Assembly: GCA_013265495.1 (NCBI GenBank)
Contig: MU058198.1
Span: 4,228,419 to 4,280,268, forward strand
Direction of reading: 5' to 3'
Origin: Vicugna vicugna
Taxonomy: Eukaryota
Length of the DNA: 51,850 bases
The position numbers and the translations under genes are program-made. Positions 1-13,099 of this stretch are shown here, one piece after another (positions within the stretch are counted from its first letter, which is position 1; each line of letters begins with the position of its first letter). The notes beneath the pieces are model-generated. The model saw nothing but the letters and a program-made list of their open reading frames with translations. It did not search any database and had not been told where the DNA came from.

Positions 1-473
1 AGCGTTTCAAACAGCCAGTTAAATTGCTCTTCTTCAGGAAGCCCCTAATGCTTCAGAAGGATGAGCCACAGTAAGGCCCACAACACCCCACTTGCAGAAG
101 CACAGCTGGAGAGTTTCAGCTCCGCATGGCTTGAGTGGCAGAGACAGCTTCAGCGCAGGGGCAAGAGAGTGACTTCCCGGCCCTGAGACCTTGGGCCTGT
201 CTCAGCCCTCAGGGTCCAGGATGCCCCTGTCCTGGCCGGCTGTTGACCCACTAGGTAGGGAAGATCCCCAACCTGCTGGTAGAGCAGGGCTCAGCTCTGG
301 GTAGTGAGGGAAGCTGTATCCATAGTCCAGCCCCACTTCCAGAAGACAAGCTTTAAATGGCCCAAACACCCTGCAGGCCTGAATCCAATGCATGGACCCC
401 CCATTGCCATCCTACCATATCACTGAACCACCTGGGTTCTCGTGATTTCATAGGTTGTTAAAATCAGCTTTTG

Positions 474-557
474 GTGAGGGAGGGTATATAGCTCAGTGGT
501 AGAGCGCGTGCTTGGCATGCATGAGGTCCTGAGGTCTCAGAACATTCATTAAAAAAA
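474..557 (+). mobile_element. vic-1-type tRNA-derived SINE, degenerate 3' part
   Basis: gggagggtatatagctcagtggtagagcgcgtgcttggcatgcatgaggtcctg, followed by an A-run. Confidence 0.8.
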
Positions 558-758
558 TTGGTTGGCTGGCAATCTTTGGCGACCCTTGCAAGCATCACCC
601 CAATTTCTGCCTTCATCTTCCCAAGGCGTTCTCTCTGTGCATATGTCTGTGTCCAAATAAAAACCTATACCCTTTTATGAATGCCCACCTAGTTGGATTT
701 TGGCAAAGGGGTAAATAATAAATTGGCAACAAAAAGTAAAATAAACAAACATATGGCA

Positions 759-898
759 GGGGGGAAGGTATAGCTCAAGTGGTAGAGCATGTGCTTAGCA
801 TGCACAAGGTCCTGGGTTCAATCCCCAGTACCTCCTCTAAAAGTAAATAAATAAACCTAATTACCCCCCCCCCAAAAAAACAACAAGTAAACAAAAAT
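759..898 (+). mobile_element. vic-1-type tRNA-derived SINE
   Basis: A box tagctcaagtgg, B box ggttcaatccc, tail aaataaataaacctaattacccccc plus A-rich end. Confidence 0.9.
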
Positions 899-2222
899 GT
901 CAACCCAATAGTGATAACTTCTCCCTGGCTGTGGTGGATGTGCCGGGCCAGACCCCCAGACCCCAGGGCTCAACAAGGGCTCCAAACCCTCACTGGCACT
1001 TCCTAGAGTCACTATTTTATTTTGGTTTCTGTTTCAATATTTGTTCCCATGGAAACACAGATAAGTGACTAAGATGAGGTTTTTAAGGACTCCAGTGAGA
1101 GACCGTGAGAACTGGCAATGACAATCAGCCCTTACTACATAAGCATCCAAAGTCCTACTCTTCTCTTCGGGCATTGATTTCTCAGGTATTTCATTATTTA
1201 TTTCGAATTTTTCGTTCACTAACACTGCCTGCTTTTATTGGGCTGGTCATTACTGCCCCCTGCTAGATGTAACAAGTCATGCCCGTTTGTGGGGTTTCCT
1301 TGTAAATAAACACATTCAAGTTTTACTTTTTAAATGAGCCACATTTAAAGACGGTCTTAGTTCCATAAGCAGCAGGTCAGGCGATGGGCAGAAACGGGAC
1401 GTCGTGAGTGCCTAAGGACCAGAGAGCATGGCCGAGGGACAGCTCTTCCCATGGACCCATCTGTGCCCTTCGGAGTAGGTACCATTTATCGGTTAAGGGC
1501 GTGGCCTTTGGAGTTAGGAGTTGAAATTCCCATCAGACTGTCTACTAGCTCGGTCCCTGACCCCCAACATCCAAACCATCTGCTCTTTATCCAGGACAGA
1601 GCCTTAATCCAACCATCTCTCCATCCCCATCCCCATGACCTCAGCCATGACATCTCCCGCCGGAGCCTTCCCTTCATCTCCCAGCTTCTGCTCCTGCTCC
1701 ACAGTCCATCCTTCCCGCAACAGTAACGGTGCTCTCTGGCTTTTTGTCTTTTTAAAAAGACATAGCTTTCATGCAATTCAGGATCTCAGTTCTAAAATAT
1801 CCAGCTCAGTGGGTTTGGGCAAATGTCCGCACTCATGTAGCCCCTAACCCAGTTAAGATCTGACCCATGACCATCACAGAAAGTCCCTTGTGCCCCTAAA
1901 CTCCAGGGCCTCAGCTCAATCACCACCCTGTTTACGACCCATCAGTGGCCTCTGTAGCACTTAGAATGAAACCCAAGCCCCTTATCACAGCCTGCAGGCT
2001 GGCAGGCCTGGGGTGGTCAACCCCTGTTGACCTGTTCCCCTCTCCCCATCTTCCCCAGACCTCCTTTCTCATTCCTGCCCCAGGGCATAACCTCTTCCTC
2101 TGAACCACTCCTATCCCCCCCAGTATTCAGTTGGCTGTGTCCTGATCCCACCACAAGCAGAGGTGCCTCTTCAAGGAACCCTTCCCCAGCCTTCTGCAAT
2201 AGTCCCCTCCCCGCTGCAGCCA

Positions 2223-2423
2223 CAGTGGTTCTCAGCTGGGGGATATTTGACAATATCTGCAGACATTTTTGGCTGTTACAACTGGGGAGAGGCGAGACTG
2301 CTGCTGGCATCCAGTGGGCAGAGATCAGGGATGCTATCAGATGCCCTTGAATGCACAGGACAGCCCCTACGGCAAAGAGTGACCCCACTCCACGTGCCCG
2401 CAGAGCCGAGGGTGAGAAGCCTG
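2223..2423 (+). mobile_element. MER20-like hAT-Charlie DNA transposon fossil
   Basis: cagtggttctca...gacatttttggctgttacaactgggg...ggcatccagtgggcagag...gggatgct...tgagaagcctg resembles the MER20 consensus. Confidence 0.85.
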
Positions 2424-2674
2424 GGTCTAGAACGCGCCCTGTTTTACTTTCTTCATAGCATCTCTCACCATCTCCAAGGAGTCCACACACTGTCTCCTTC
2501 CAGAACGAACGCGCTGTCGTCCTCCCCTCCATGCCGACTGCTGATGTTTTATAATAACTATAAATGGAGTGTAACCTTTAAAATTATGAATCACTGTGTT
2601 GTTGTACACCTGAGGCTTTTACATAATATTGTACATCAACTATTTCTTCAATTTAGAAATTTCTACATTGGACT

Positions 2675-2813
2675 TCTTTTTTTAAAGAAATCGTTTATTT
2701 TTTATTTTTAAATTTTATTTATTTATTTAATGGAGGTACTGGGGATTGAACCCAGGACCTCATGCATGCGTGCTAAGCATGCGTTCCACCACTGAGCTAT
2801 TCCCACCTCCCCC
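2675..2813 (-). mobile_element. vic-1-type SINE
   Basis: Reverse complement of the SINE body (ggggattgaacccaggacc...ccactgagctat) preceded by a T-rich tail. Confidence 0.9.
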
Positions 2814-4429
2814 TCATTAGATGTTTTGAATATGCGTGGTTTGTGGGGCATCAATCATGCTTCCGTCTAGCCTTTTTTTAAGATTCCCTCTTGGTCAGTC
2901 CTGCATTAGAGTGTTAGTACTCTTGCCAACAACCCTTCACTTGCATGCCCATTGCAGTGGTTCTGTTCTGGCGGGGGGTAGCCTTGAAGCCAGCCAGCCA
3001 GCCCTGGTGAGGGCGGAATCCCCCTCATCTGCTGCGGTTTTACCAACCCTTGGAGGGTTTGGAGTTGCAAGGTCTTTCAACCCTGGACCCACTTGCCTGT
3101 AAGTGGAGAAAATAGCCAGCAGGGGGAGCACTGTGATTCCCTTTTTCTGGAAGACGCTTTGTGCAGTACATTTATCTAGTAAGAGAGAGATTAGCAAGCT
3201 TTCCCTTGAGACCCTTCTTAAATCTTAAAAAAAAAAATCAAAACAGCTAAAAAACACCACCATCAAAAACTTTGGTAAAGGTCCATCTGCCATGGACCAG
3301 CAATCCTATGCCTAGAATCTCATCCAGATTCTAGTCTAGGAGAGCTGACCACAGTAGTCATTTGCTTGTAGTAGAAAACCACAGACAGGGGAACCACCCT
3401 TCATTAAGTCTATCAGATCAGCCCCTCTCAGACGTTAACGTGCGTGGCACCACCCAGGGATTTTGTTAAAATGCGGGGTCAGATTCCCTAGGTCTTGGGC
3501 GTGGCCAGGTGGTTCTGGTATTGTGGTTGGAGGTCCTGGCTCACCAGCTGGACTGGAGACCCCAAAAGGCAGTGGCTTCAACAACAGAATTGTGTTGCTG
3601 TGGCTGATCTGTCAACGAACCATCTGGCTGGAAGGAGTCAGGGCCCCTTCCATCCTTGCAGCCTTGCCCTGCTCTGCGTGGGCGGAGCGCTCGCCCTCCC
3701 AGTCACAGCCTAGCCAGCGAGCAGAGACACAGTGTCATGGAGAGGGCGTGCCCCTTCTCTTTACGGGCGGGACCCCCATTCTGATGCCTCAGTTATGGCC
3801 ACCTCCCATTAGTCAGAACTTAAGTCATGCAGAGCTGGAAGGTGGCGACTGGCAGTCTTCATTCGCAATGTCATGTCCGCAGTGACAATGTGAGCACTGC
3901 GTTATTAGTGAAAAAGGGGGAACTGGATATTGGGCAACAATAGTGGCATTTGCCCTGAGAAGGGACCAGTTAAATAAAGTATCATTCATCCAGAAGCTGG
4001 AATATCCAGGCAGTAAGACAATGAGACATATGTGTATAAACCACAATGGAAAGGTGTCACTGACAGAGTTAAGTGGCAAAAATACAGTTGCAGGAGATAT
4101 TAGTATCATCTCATTTTTATTTGGGGGGGATAAAATCAGTAGTTCACACAAGTATTCTATGCCTACATTGCTTAGTTTTAGAGAGTCAGGAATGGTTCAC
4201 GGGAGGGTATGTATCCTCGGGGCATTAAGTGATGGAAAGGAGTTCTGGAAAGACAATAAAGGAGTGTCTCCATTCTTGGGCACATCCACCCTCTCACGGA
4301 AGGGATTTGGGGCTTTCGATTTCTGGGAGGGGAAGGAGGCAGCCACACATTCGTGGGAGAACCCATCCCAAACCATGCCCCAGGCAAGCACTTGTCGCTT
4401 GATCCTCATAACGAGCCAATGAGCAAAGG

Positions 4430-4927
4430 CAGTGGATGTCCGTTGATTTTGTCTGTCCAGCTTACCCTCCCCCTTCTTCTAGAAATACCAATCTGACTTT
4501 CTTGGGGAACAACTCACAGCCTGCAGGGACTAAGAGCTTGCACTCTGTGGCCCAGACAACTGGTTCAGGAATAGGCACGTGACCCAGCGTGGACAAAGGA
4601 CGGTTAGGACTGTTGTCCAATCTGCTGGGGACTCTTGGTTTCCTACTGGGCTTGAACCTGCGTGGCTGTACCCGGAGCCTCTCAAGACCATGGTGAAGAA
4701 AAGGGCTGCTTGAGCGCAAAGACCAGACAAGAGAGCGCAGCCAGTTAAATCAGGTCACATTGACATGATCCGAGACCCTGGATCCCACCAGACCTGAAGC
4801 TTGGCACGTTCCAATTGTGTAAGCCAATTATTTTTGTGTAAGTTAGCTTGAACTAGATTAAATTTAAATTAAATTAGTTTGAGGTTGGGTTTCTGTAGTT
4901 CACACCCAAAAGAGTGTTGAGTGATGC
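4430..4927 (+). mobile_element. Old MLT1 LTR
   Basis: cctggatcccaccagacctgaagc...gtaagccaat...ttgggtttctgtagttcacacccaaaagagt 3' end. Confidence 0.6.
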
Positions 4928-6094
4928 CCCTTCCTATTGCTTGAAGGAAAAAAAAAATTTTTTTAACCATTGTTTGGAAAAGCTAGACCTAGGAAAGCCT
5001 TTCTCTTGGAAAATTTGTTAAGCTTATGACAAAAGAAAAGGGGAAATTTCACACCCAAAGTCCCAGGAACAGAGGAAGGGAGGTAAACTTGTGGAAGAAT
5101 AATTCCAGTAGTGTGTCGTGTGGAGTTTCTCCTACAGACAGTGGGGAAGCCCTGTGAGGCAGGGTTCCAGCATGGGCGAGATAGCTCAGTGCAAAGAATT
5201 TAGCCAAAGATTATTTCATAAAGGGACTGTGCTGTGAGATTTAGGCAGTTAGCGGCACCAGTGAGGGCTGGTGAAGCACTGTAGTGGAGTCATTGTGGGG
5301 AGCAGGTATCTCGAGGCTGGAAAGGAGGAAACCATGTTACAGAGCTCTGCAGAGCCGTGGCCATGGAGCAGCGGAGCCACTGTCGGGACCACAGGGAGGC
5401 AGCAAGGGGGCGGGGGAGGTGTGGGGCGGAGGAAGGGACAAACACCCAACCACTCTCTCTACCCTCCAGTCGCCTGCTGGTGCCTCCCACTGGCCAAGTC
5501 TAGGTGGATTCCAGAAAGCAAAGGAGGCCAGGTGATACAGTTCATTGAAATCAGCCTCCTGGGGCACAGAGCAGCGGGAAGGGTGGAAAAGGAATCTGGG
5601 GTGGGGGATGTGGTTGAACAGTGGAGATTAACCGTCTCCTTCTGGAAGGTTGCAGAGGAAGAACTGAAAGCAGGTAGGACTTGAAGCTAGCTGGGAGACA
5701 TATGGAAATTGAGGCAAGAAATCGTAAAAACCTGAACCAGGACTGTAGTATAAAACTTGGGCAGGGTGGCAATGAGTGCAAGAGGGAGAATCAATGAGAC
5801 TGACTCTGGGGTCTGAAGAGCGGAGGGGAGGAGTCTAGGATGACCCCCACATTTCTGACTTTGAGAACTGCTGGTAGCCAAGGGAAGGGATCCTAGAGGC
5901 TAAGAGTAGGTTTCATAGTGGAGGGAAGAGCAGAGAGTTTTCTTTGGGTCTTGCTGAGGCAAGGATCCCTGGAACAGCCCAGAGGAGCTGCCTCGCTGAC
6001 AGCTGGGTGTAAATAATGTGGACACGATACTTGTTCCTTAGCTCCTAGCCCAGAGCCTGGCACAATGTAGGTACTCAGAAAATATTTGTTGGAG

Positions 6095-6240
6095 GGAGGG
6101 AGGGATGGATGGATGCATGTGTGGGTGATGGATGGATGGATGGGTAAGTAGATGGATGAATGGGTTTCTGGATGGATGAATGGTAGGTGGGTGGGTGGGT
6201 GACTGAAAGGGTGGGTGGATGAACTGATGGAGGGATGGTT
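6095..6240. repeat. Degenerate (GGAT/GGGT)n simple repeat
   Basis: ggatggatggatg...gggtgggtgggt seen directly. Confidence 0.9.
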
Positions 6241-6797
6241 GTACATCTAAGGAAAAGGTCTTACGTAGAGACATCAGTTTGGGATTATCCATCAGAGGTG
6301 ATGGCTGACACCATGGAAACGGGAATGGATGTAGAATAAAGTTTCAAGTAACATCATCATCTGAGAAGCAGAAAGGAGCCTGGGTGCCTGAGAAGGAAGA
6401 TTAAGAATTCAAAGAGGCAGGAGAAAGGAGGTGGGGGTGGCCAGGGAAAGTTCACTTTCAGAAGCTGGAGAGGGCACATTTCAGGGAAGGAGAAGCCACA
6501 TCCTCAAAGGCTGCCTCTCAAGAGATAAAAATCTGGGAGGAGAAGCCAAGCATGGATGTGGGACAGAGGAGGCCATCAGCGGGGTAGGGGCAAGCGCGTT
6601 GTCCCCGGGGGGTCAGGGGTACCGGATGGCGGAAGTTGGCTGGGTTCCCTGAGTCACACTGAGTTGGAGATCTGAGTGGAGGCGGTTTGCTGGAAAGTGC
6701 CCACGGAGGACACTTGTGAGAGAGTGAGGGAGGCAGGACTGGGAAGCGGAAGAAGCTGCAACAGAGACCTGAGCCCACCTCCAGGGAACGTGCGGCT

Positions 6798-7913
6798 GGG
6801 ATGACCCTCAGAGAAGCCTGGACCGAGGGAGGAGCGTCGACTTCCCCGCCCCCCACCCAGCCCGACACACACTGACCCTCACTGGGTGCAGGAAAGGCTG
6901 CTGCTCTCGGTCCAGGACAAAGCCTGGGGAGCAGCTCAGCTGGGAGCCATCAGTGACACGCAGAGCAACTGCACCAGGTGGAAACGGTTGAGACCATCTC
7001 TACCACAAATACTGAAAACAGTCACTGAAGTAAGAGCACACATCCGCTTAGCACTTGCAGAATGAAACTCGACAGTTGGCATGAATTAGCTCATCGAAGC
7101 CTCACCACCAGCTACCCCGTGTGGGAGGCACTCTTCTCTCCTCCATCTACGAGATGCTGAAGCGGCCTCGGGGAGGGGCGGTGGCTTGCTCGGGTCACGC
7201 ACCGTGGCGCCTAAAAGCAGAGTCACATCTCTTGTGGCACCGCCGGAGATTAACAACGTGCTCTGTGTGTGTTTCCTGTGACGAGAGACAGGACGCCATG
7301 TGTCCTTCCCGAGCAGGACAGCAGGGTCCTCATTGCATAGCTTACCCGGTGCTCATCCCAGGTAAGACGCCCTTCCAAGCGCTGCGCTCGGATGTTTGAG
7401 GGTTGAAAGCGGAGCCCTGGTCACCAGAGCCCCAGCGGTGACATGGCTGGGGAACGGAAGTCCTTTCTGTTTCACTCCTCAGTCCACACGGAGGCTCCGC
7501 TTGGGCGGCTTCTCTGCTCCATCAGGAGCCCAGGCGGCTGCAGCCGTCCTGCCCCCTGCACGTGCCTCCACGGCTGTTTCGGAGGTCACCACCCTGACCT
7601 GAGGGAAGGCAGGAAAGAATGGCAGCTTGGGACCCGAGCTCCTTCTCTTTAAAAAAAATTTTTAAGAACTTTTTTTGGGGGAAAGTAATTAGATTTTTAA
7701 ATTAATTGATTGATTGATTTTAATGGAGGTGCTGGAGATTGAACCCAGGACCTTGTGCTTGCTAAGCATGTGCTCTACCACTGAGCTATACACCTCCCTC
7801 TTAAGCAAGGGAGGGATGACCCTCAGAGAAGCCTGGACCGAGGGAGGAGTGTTGACTTCCTCGCCCCCCACCTACCCCGACACACACTGACCCTCACTGG
7901 ATGCAGGGAAGGC
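6798..7913 (+). repeat. ~100-bp dispersed direct repeat (6798-6898 and 7813-7913)
   Basis: gggatgaccctcagagaagcctggaccgagggaggag...gacacacactgaccctcactgg occurs twice, with about 7 mismatches. Confidence 0.95.
7660..7800 (-). mobile_element. vic-1-type SINE
   Basis: ttttgggggaaagtaattag...gattgaacccaggaccttgtgcttgctaagcatgtgctctaccactgagctata. Confidence 0.9.
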
Positions 7914-8625
7914 AGGAGTCACCTAGATCCTGTCCCCTCCTGTTCCACTGGCCACACTCGGCCACACGTGTCACGTGGGGAGGGAGAAGGGAAGATTGTG
8001 CTGGCCAATTCCCACCTCAGATAACCCTTTTATTTCATCCTTAAGACAACCCTAACTATTTGACAAGTGGGGAGACTGAGGCACGGGGTGGTGAAGCAGA
8101 GAGGTGGCCGTAAGCCACAAAGTTGATAGAGCCAGGATTTAACCAGACACGGAAGGCAGAGCCCAGGGACCCGAGGACCGCCACACAGCTGGCCCCACGC
8201 TGGCACTCGCAGGCTGCCAAGGACAAAAGGCCGTCACGAAGACCACCTCTTGGAACCCAGACACGTGCTCGTGGCAGTTCTGGTCAAGTTGACTTTCACG
8301 GGACCCTGTTCCACTCCAGTAATCCCCAAGTGTGTGGAAGTCACACTCCATACTTCAACCTCCGTGTCGCAGATGACCTGCTGTTAAAGTGTTTAGTGAT
8401 TAAAGAGAGTCCTGGTTGATTCATTAACGATCCGCTCTACACTGACCGGCAAGGTCTACCGGGTTACAAACAACTGTCTCTCACAGACCCTACTGCCACG
8501 AGCAGGCTTCCCAGCTAGGGCCTGCTTTAATGCACCTTTTAGCGAATTGTCTGGCTTGGGGTTTAGACAGCACATTTCCAAGAGTTTTCCCAGATGCCCG
8601 GGCTCCTGTCAAATTTGTCACAGTG

Positions 8626-9165
8626 CAGTGAGTCTCAGGCTTTTGGGTCTCTTGTAAAGGGACCTTCCTTGTAAAGGGACCCTTCCTTGTAAAGGGACCC
8701 CGTCATTTCATTTATGTGGATTATCGATACAGAGATATTGACATGAGTCTCAGGCTTTTGGGTCTCGGGGTCCCTTTACAAGGAAGGACCCCGTCATTTC
8801 ATTTATGTGGATTATCGATACAGAGATATTGACCGAATTGGACGTTTAAGTGAAGAAACCATTTACAATATCAATTAATTTTAAAAGAACAAAACAACCC
8901 CATTGCATGTTAAGTAAATAACATTTTTTATGAAAAACAGCCACATTTTCCCCAAAAGATCGAATGAGAAGAGGGGCATTGTTTTACATGTTTGTAAAGC
9001 TCTTTGATGGCTGGTTTCACAGGAGAGAGCCGGTTATTGACACCTGCTTCTGCATTCAGCCTGTCGCGATGCCTCATGCCCTGTAGCTTTCCAGTGATGC
9101 CACTGGACATTCATGAAATAATGAGAGAAGAAAGAAAAATAACACCTTAGTATTACGAAGAATGT
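8626..9165. mobile_element. hAT-Charlie1-like DNA transposon fragment with a rearranged end
   Basis: aataacattttttatgaaaaa...gagaagaggggcattgttttacat...ctgcttctgcattca resembles Charlie1-family sequence. Confidence 0.7.
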
Positions 9166-9993
9166 TATACGGATTAATCTCCAGTCTTTCTGATAAAATG
9201 GCTCGGTCCTGTTATTATGACATCTCCTTTTTCAGAGGAGAAAATCTGGATTCAGGTAGATTTCCACGAGGTCACGCAGGTAGGAGCAGAGGAGCCAGGA
9301 GGAGGGCCGGGGTGTGGCCCCATCGGTGGCCTCTTCACCAGAACACTCCTGCAGCCCGTGGGGATGAAAGGCCACCCAGGTTTGTGAGAAACGTGCCTCT
9401 CGGAGTGGGGAACGGGGGAGGGTTGGGGGCACAGTGTTTCCTGGGTGAAGCCATCAGAAGGAGAAGGAGTAAGCCTTGACGTTCTCAGGGGCAACTCAAC
9501 AGAAGGCCGGCAGCCCGAGGTTAACTGGGGTTAGGTCCGGGGAGAGGGAAGGAGCCAGCATGGACCCAGAACCTTCTACCGAGACACAGGTGCGTCCCTG
9601 TGGCATCTCATTTTATCCTCGTTTCAGCCCCTGTGGAGCAGGCATTGCAAACACCTGTTGGCACCTGTGGACGCTGAAGATTCAGATGGGCTGGGTGACT
9701 CACCCCAGGCCTCACGGTTACTAAGTCAAAAGAATATATCTCGTTTAACCCTCGAGCTGGGCTCCCTGCATCACCCTTGCCTGCTGGCCAGGAAAGCTTA
9801 CCGATTTCAGGGTGTTTAGGGTTTGCTCTTCTCAGTTGTTACTATAAATAGCAACATTGGAGGACAGTGTGTGTGTGAAGGGGTGAAGATGTGTTTCTAA
9901 AAAGCTGTAGAAAATACAGGAAGGAATCGTGACCTTATGTAGAGCTCAGCCTGGATTCCAGACGAGCAGGGCGTGTGACCTGGGGATACAGGG

Positions 9994-10784
9994 TAAGATT
10001 CTGGGACCAATACCAACGTGTGGGTTCCCCCATCCAGCCCCCTGTCCCCCGGCCACCAAGTAATGCTCTGACGATTCAGCTCAGTTGTGACTCTGTCTCC
10101 CTGGAGGCAGCGTCACGTCCCGCAGGTTAAGGGCTCAGTTCTCCAAGACACCCCCCACCATTTCAGACACCAGTCGCCAATCCAGGTTGCCGTGGGCTTC
10201 TGACTCACCCGCTCTAGATCGGAGTTTCCAAAGGCTCTCCCTCTTCAGGTTTGATCAGTTTGCTAGAGACGCTCAGGGAACTCAGAGAAACATTTTGCTG
10301 ACTAGATAACCAGTCTGTTACAAAATGATATAACTCAGGAACAGCCTGGTAGACTCACAGGGCAGGGCCTGGGGAAAGGGTGTGGAGCTTCCACGCTCTC
10401 TGAGCACACTCCTCTCCCCAAACCTCCACGTGTTCATCAACCCAGAGGCTCTCAGAATCCCATCCTTTTGGGTTTTGATTATATAGTCATGACTGATTAG
10501 ATCACAGGCCATTGGCAGTTGATTCAACCGCCAGCCCCTCTCCTGCTCCAGGTGGTCGGGGTGGTGGGGGTGGGTACCAAAAAAACCCCAACCCTCTAAT
10601 CACCAGGCTAGTTCCCTTGGCAACCAGCCCCCAAACATAGATGAGGTCCGGAAGTCACCTCACCAACAAAAGACACCTTGCTCGCTCTGGTCACTTAGAA
10701 AATTCCAAAAGTTTTAGGAGAGCTGTGCCAGAAATGCGGACAAAGACCAAGTATGTATTTCTTACTATAAGTCACAATATCACA
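9994..10784 (-). mobile_element. MER21-like solo LTR (ERVL)
   Basis: caggttaagggctcag...ggaactcagagaaaca...aaagaccaagtatgtatttctt...aatatcaca end; 5-bp TSD caggg at 9989-9993 and 10785-10789. Confidence 0.85.
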
Positions 10785-10825
10785 CAGGGTCACAAACTGA
10801 ATGCTATGTGCATTGCTTGATATAT

Positions 10826-11160
10826 ACCGAGTCGTCCCTCGGTATCTGGAGATGGTTTGTTGCAGGACCTCCCCGTGGTTACCAAAATTTGAGGATGCTG
10901 TGGTCCCTTATATAAAAGGGCATAGTGTCTGTACGTAACCCACACACGTCACATCCTCCCACATCCTTTAAATCATCTTTAGATTCCTTATTCTGCCTAT
11001 TACAAGGTAAATGCTACTTAAATAGTTGCTGGCACGTGGCAAATTCTAGTTTTGCTTTTTGAAACTTTCCAGATCTTTTTTTTTTTTCCCTGAATGCTTC
11101 CGATCCATGGGTAGTCGAATCTCAGGATGCAGAGTCTGTGGATACAGAAGGCTGGCTGTG
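10826..11160. mobile_element. MER2-like TcMar-Tigger MITE
   Basis: gtcgtccctcggtatc...gtcccttatataaaa...tttaaatcatcttt...tggatacagaaggctggctgt, with degenerate terminal inverted repeats. Confidence 0.85.
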
Positions 11161-11409
11161 CAGCGTTTTAGCTGTTTTTAGTTAATTCCAAATTACTTGC
11201 CAATCCCTATAAATCAGGAGCGTTCATATAAAAGTCCAGACTTTGGGATTTCTCTTGGGAAATCCGGTGCTTTGGCACCGTGAGACCTACATTCCCATGT
11301 GGAGGTGATGGGCTGGCCCTGACTCCCGGGAGTAAGATCTGAGTAAGGGCCGCGGCCTTCACCACCAGAGAAGCAAGACCTGCATCTGCTAAACTCACTG
11401 ACTGCACCT

Positions 11410-11975
11410 CCTGCCCTATTTCTTTCAGGTATCATTTGCGTAAAAGGCAATGCACAAATCTCATCCAGTCCAACGGGTCTGAACAATGGTATGTGCCCGT
11501 GTAATCACCTCCCCGCTTAGGGTATGGGAATCTATTAACTCCCCAGAAAGTGCTCTGGTCAGTTCTTACCTCCCACGCTCTGACTTCCGTCACCATAGAT
11601 TCATCTTTCCTGTTCTTGAACTTCATATAAATCGAATCGTAGAGGGTGGACTTGCTTGTGTCTGGCAGGTTTCTGGGATTCACGCATGGCGTTACGTGTC
11701 AGGAGTTAGTCCTACTGGAAACAACTGCGGTTTTCCATGAAGTATGCAGGTGGCGCGGTTTGTCCGCTGATCTGCTGACGGACATCGGGCTATTTCAGCT
11801 TTGGGACGATGGTGAGCAGGGCTGCTCTGAACATTTGGGTACAAGTATTTGTGGAACATGTGTTTTTCAATTCTCTTGATACATGCCTACACGTGGAATA
11901 TGCTGGGCTGTAAGGGAGGGGTATGTTGACTTGCTAAGAATCTTCCAAAACATTCTCCAAACTGGCTGACCCATC
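11410..11975 (-). mobile_element. Ancient L1M 3' region fragment
   Basis: ttcctgttcttgaacttcatataaat...gctgctctgaacatttgggtacaagt...ttctccaaactggctg. Confidence 0.75.
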
Positions 11976-13099
11976 TTTCTCTCCTGTTTTCTACAGCACC
12001 AAGAGAGGGTTAAAAAAAAGCACCTGGCAATCAGAGAGACTGTTGGAGGTGACACACCAGTGGCAGGTGGGCCACAATCACCCCCTTACTCATTAATAGT
12101 CCTGAAGCTAAACTTCTGGACTTCCCATCTTTCTAGAGCAATTGAAAGGTCTGACCCCACCAGGCCTGTGTTTCCCCAGTTGGAGGTGAGTTGTGGCTGT
12201 CCCCTTCACCTGGGACACGGCTCAGCTCTTCTTCACAGCCCCACCTGGCCCGCCTGTCTCATTCACGTGCTTTGTCTGTAGCCACCTTGACCCTGTGGTC
12301 CCCCAGATATGACCCCAAGAAGTCAGGGCTGGACCTCAGGTGGGTGGAGCAATGTGCCCCCCACTGCCCTCCTGGTGGTGAATCCTCTGGCAGCAGATCA
12401 CAGGGTCAAGTTGTCTGTCCTTTCCCTGCTCTGTCTGCCCACCTCCTCCAATCCTAGCTGTTCCTTCTGGACATTGGTCCCCCCAGGCTGGCCACCAGCT
12501 GCAGGCCCTGGTTCATGCTGGTGTCAGGCCAATTGCTAAGTCTCTGCGCATCCAGGCCGCCCTCCGTCCAGCAGGATGTGTCTCTGAGCCGCCCCGCTGC
12601 CCCCGTAGCATTGTGGGATGAAATGCCAGAAATGGGGGTTCCCATCCTGGTTCTGCCTCTCGCAGCTGGTGACTTGGGCAAGTTACGCACCCTTCTCTTC
12701 CCCTCTCTCAGTAAAATGGAGATACTGATAGGATCTGTCCTAGAGGCATGTTGGAAAGACCAAGCGAGCAGAGACACAGAAGCTTTTCGACCAGAGCGCC
12801 ATGCGTCCTGACCTGCTCTGCGCCAGGGGCTGCCCCCGCCCAGGGCCCAGGCAGGCCAAGGGCAGGGGAGAGGTGGGCCGGAGGTCAGGACTGTGGTAGG
12901 GGGCCGGGTTGGCCACGACCCTGCCCCAGGCAGCGGCTGCCCTGTGGCCATGTGGGCCTGGTTTGGCCAGGCCCTCAGAAGTTTCTAGTAAAGTGGGAAA
13001 TCCAGAGTGTTGTTCAAAATCTCTCATTTTGCAAATGCTAGTAACTCTTTTTTTTTTTTTTAATTTTGAATGCTCTGAGTATCCAGTAAAAGCCTTCCA

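Noticed and set aside
759..840. tRNA-Ala-like sequences with A and B boxes as tRNA genes
   Set aside because: Multiple diverged copies with A-rich tails and a TSD at one copy; these are vic-1-type SINEs.
1250..1270. CTCF-like motif (reverse CTAGCAGGGGGCAG); similar partial matches near 19880 and 46500
   Set aside because: Imperfect single matches, some inside old repeats; not supportable without ChIP data.
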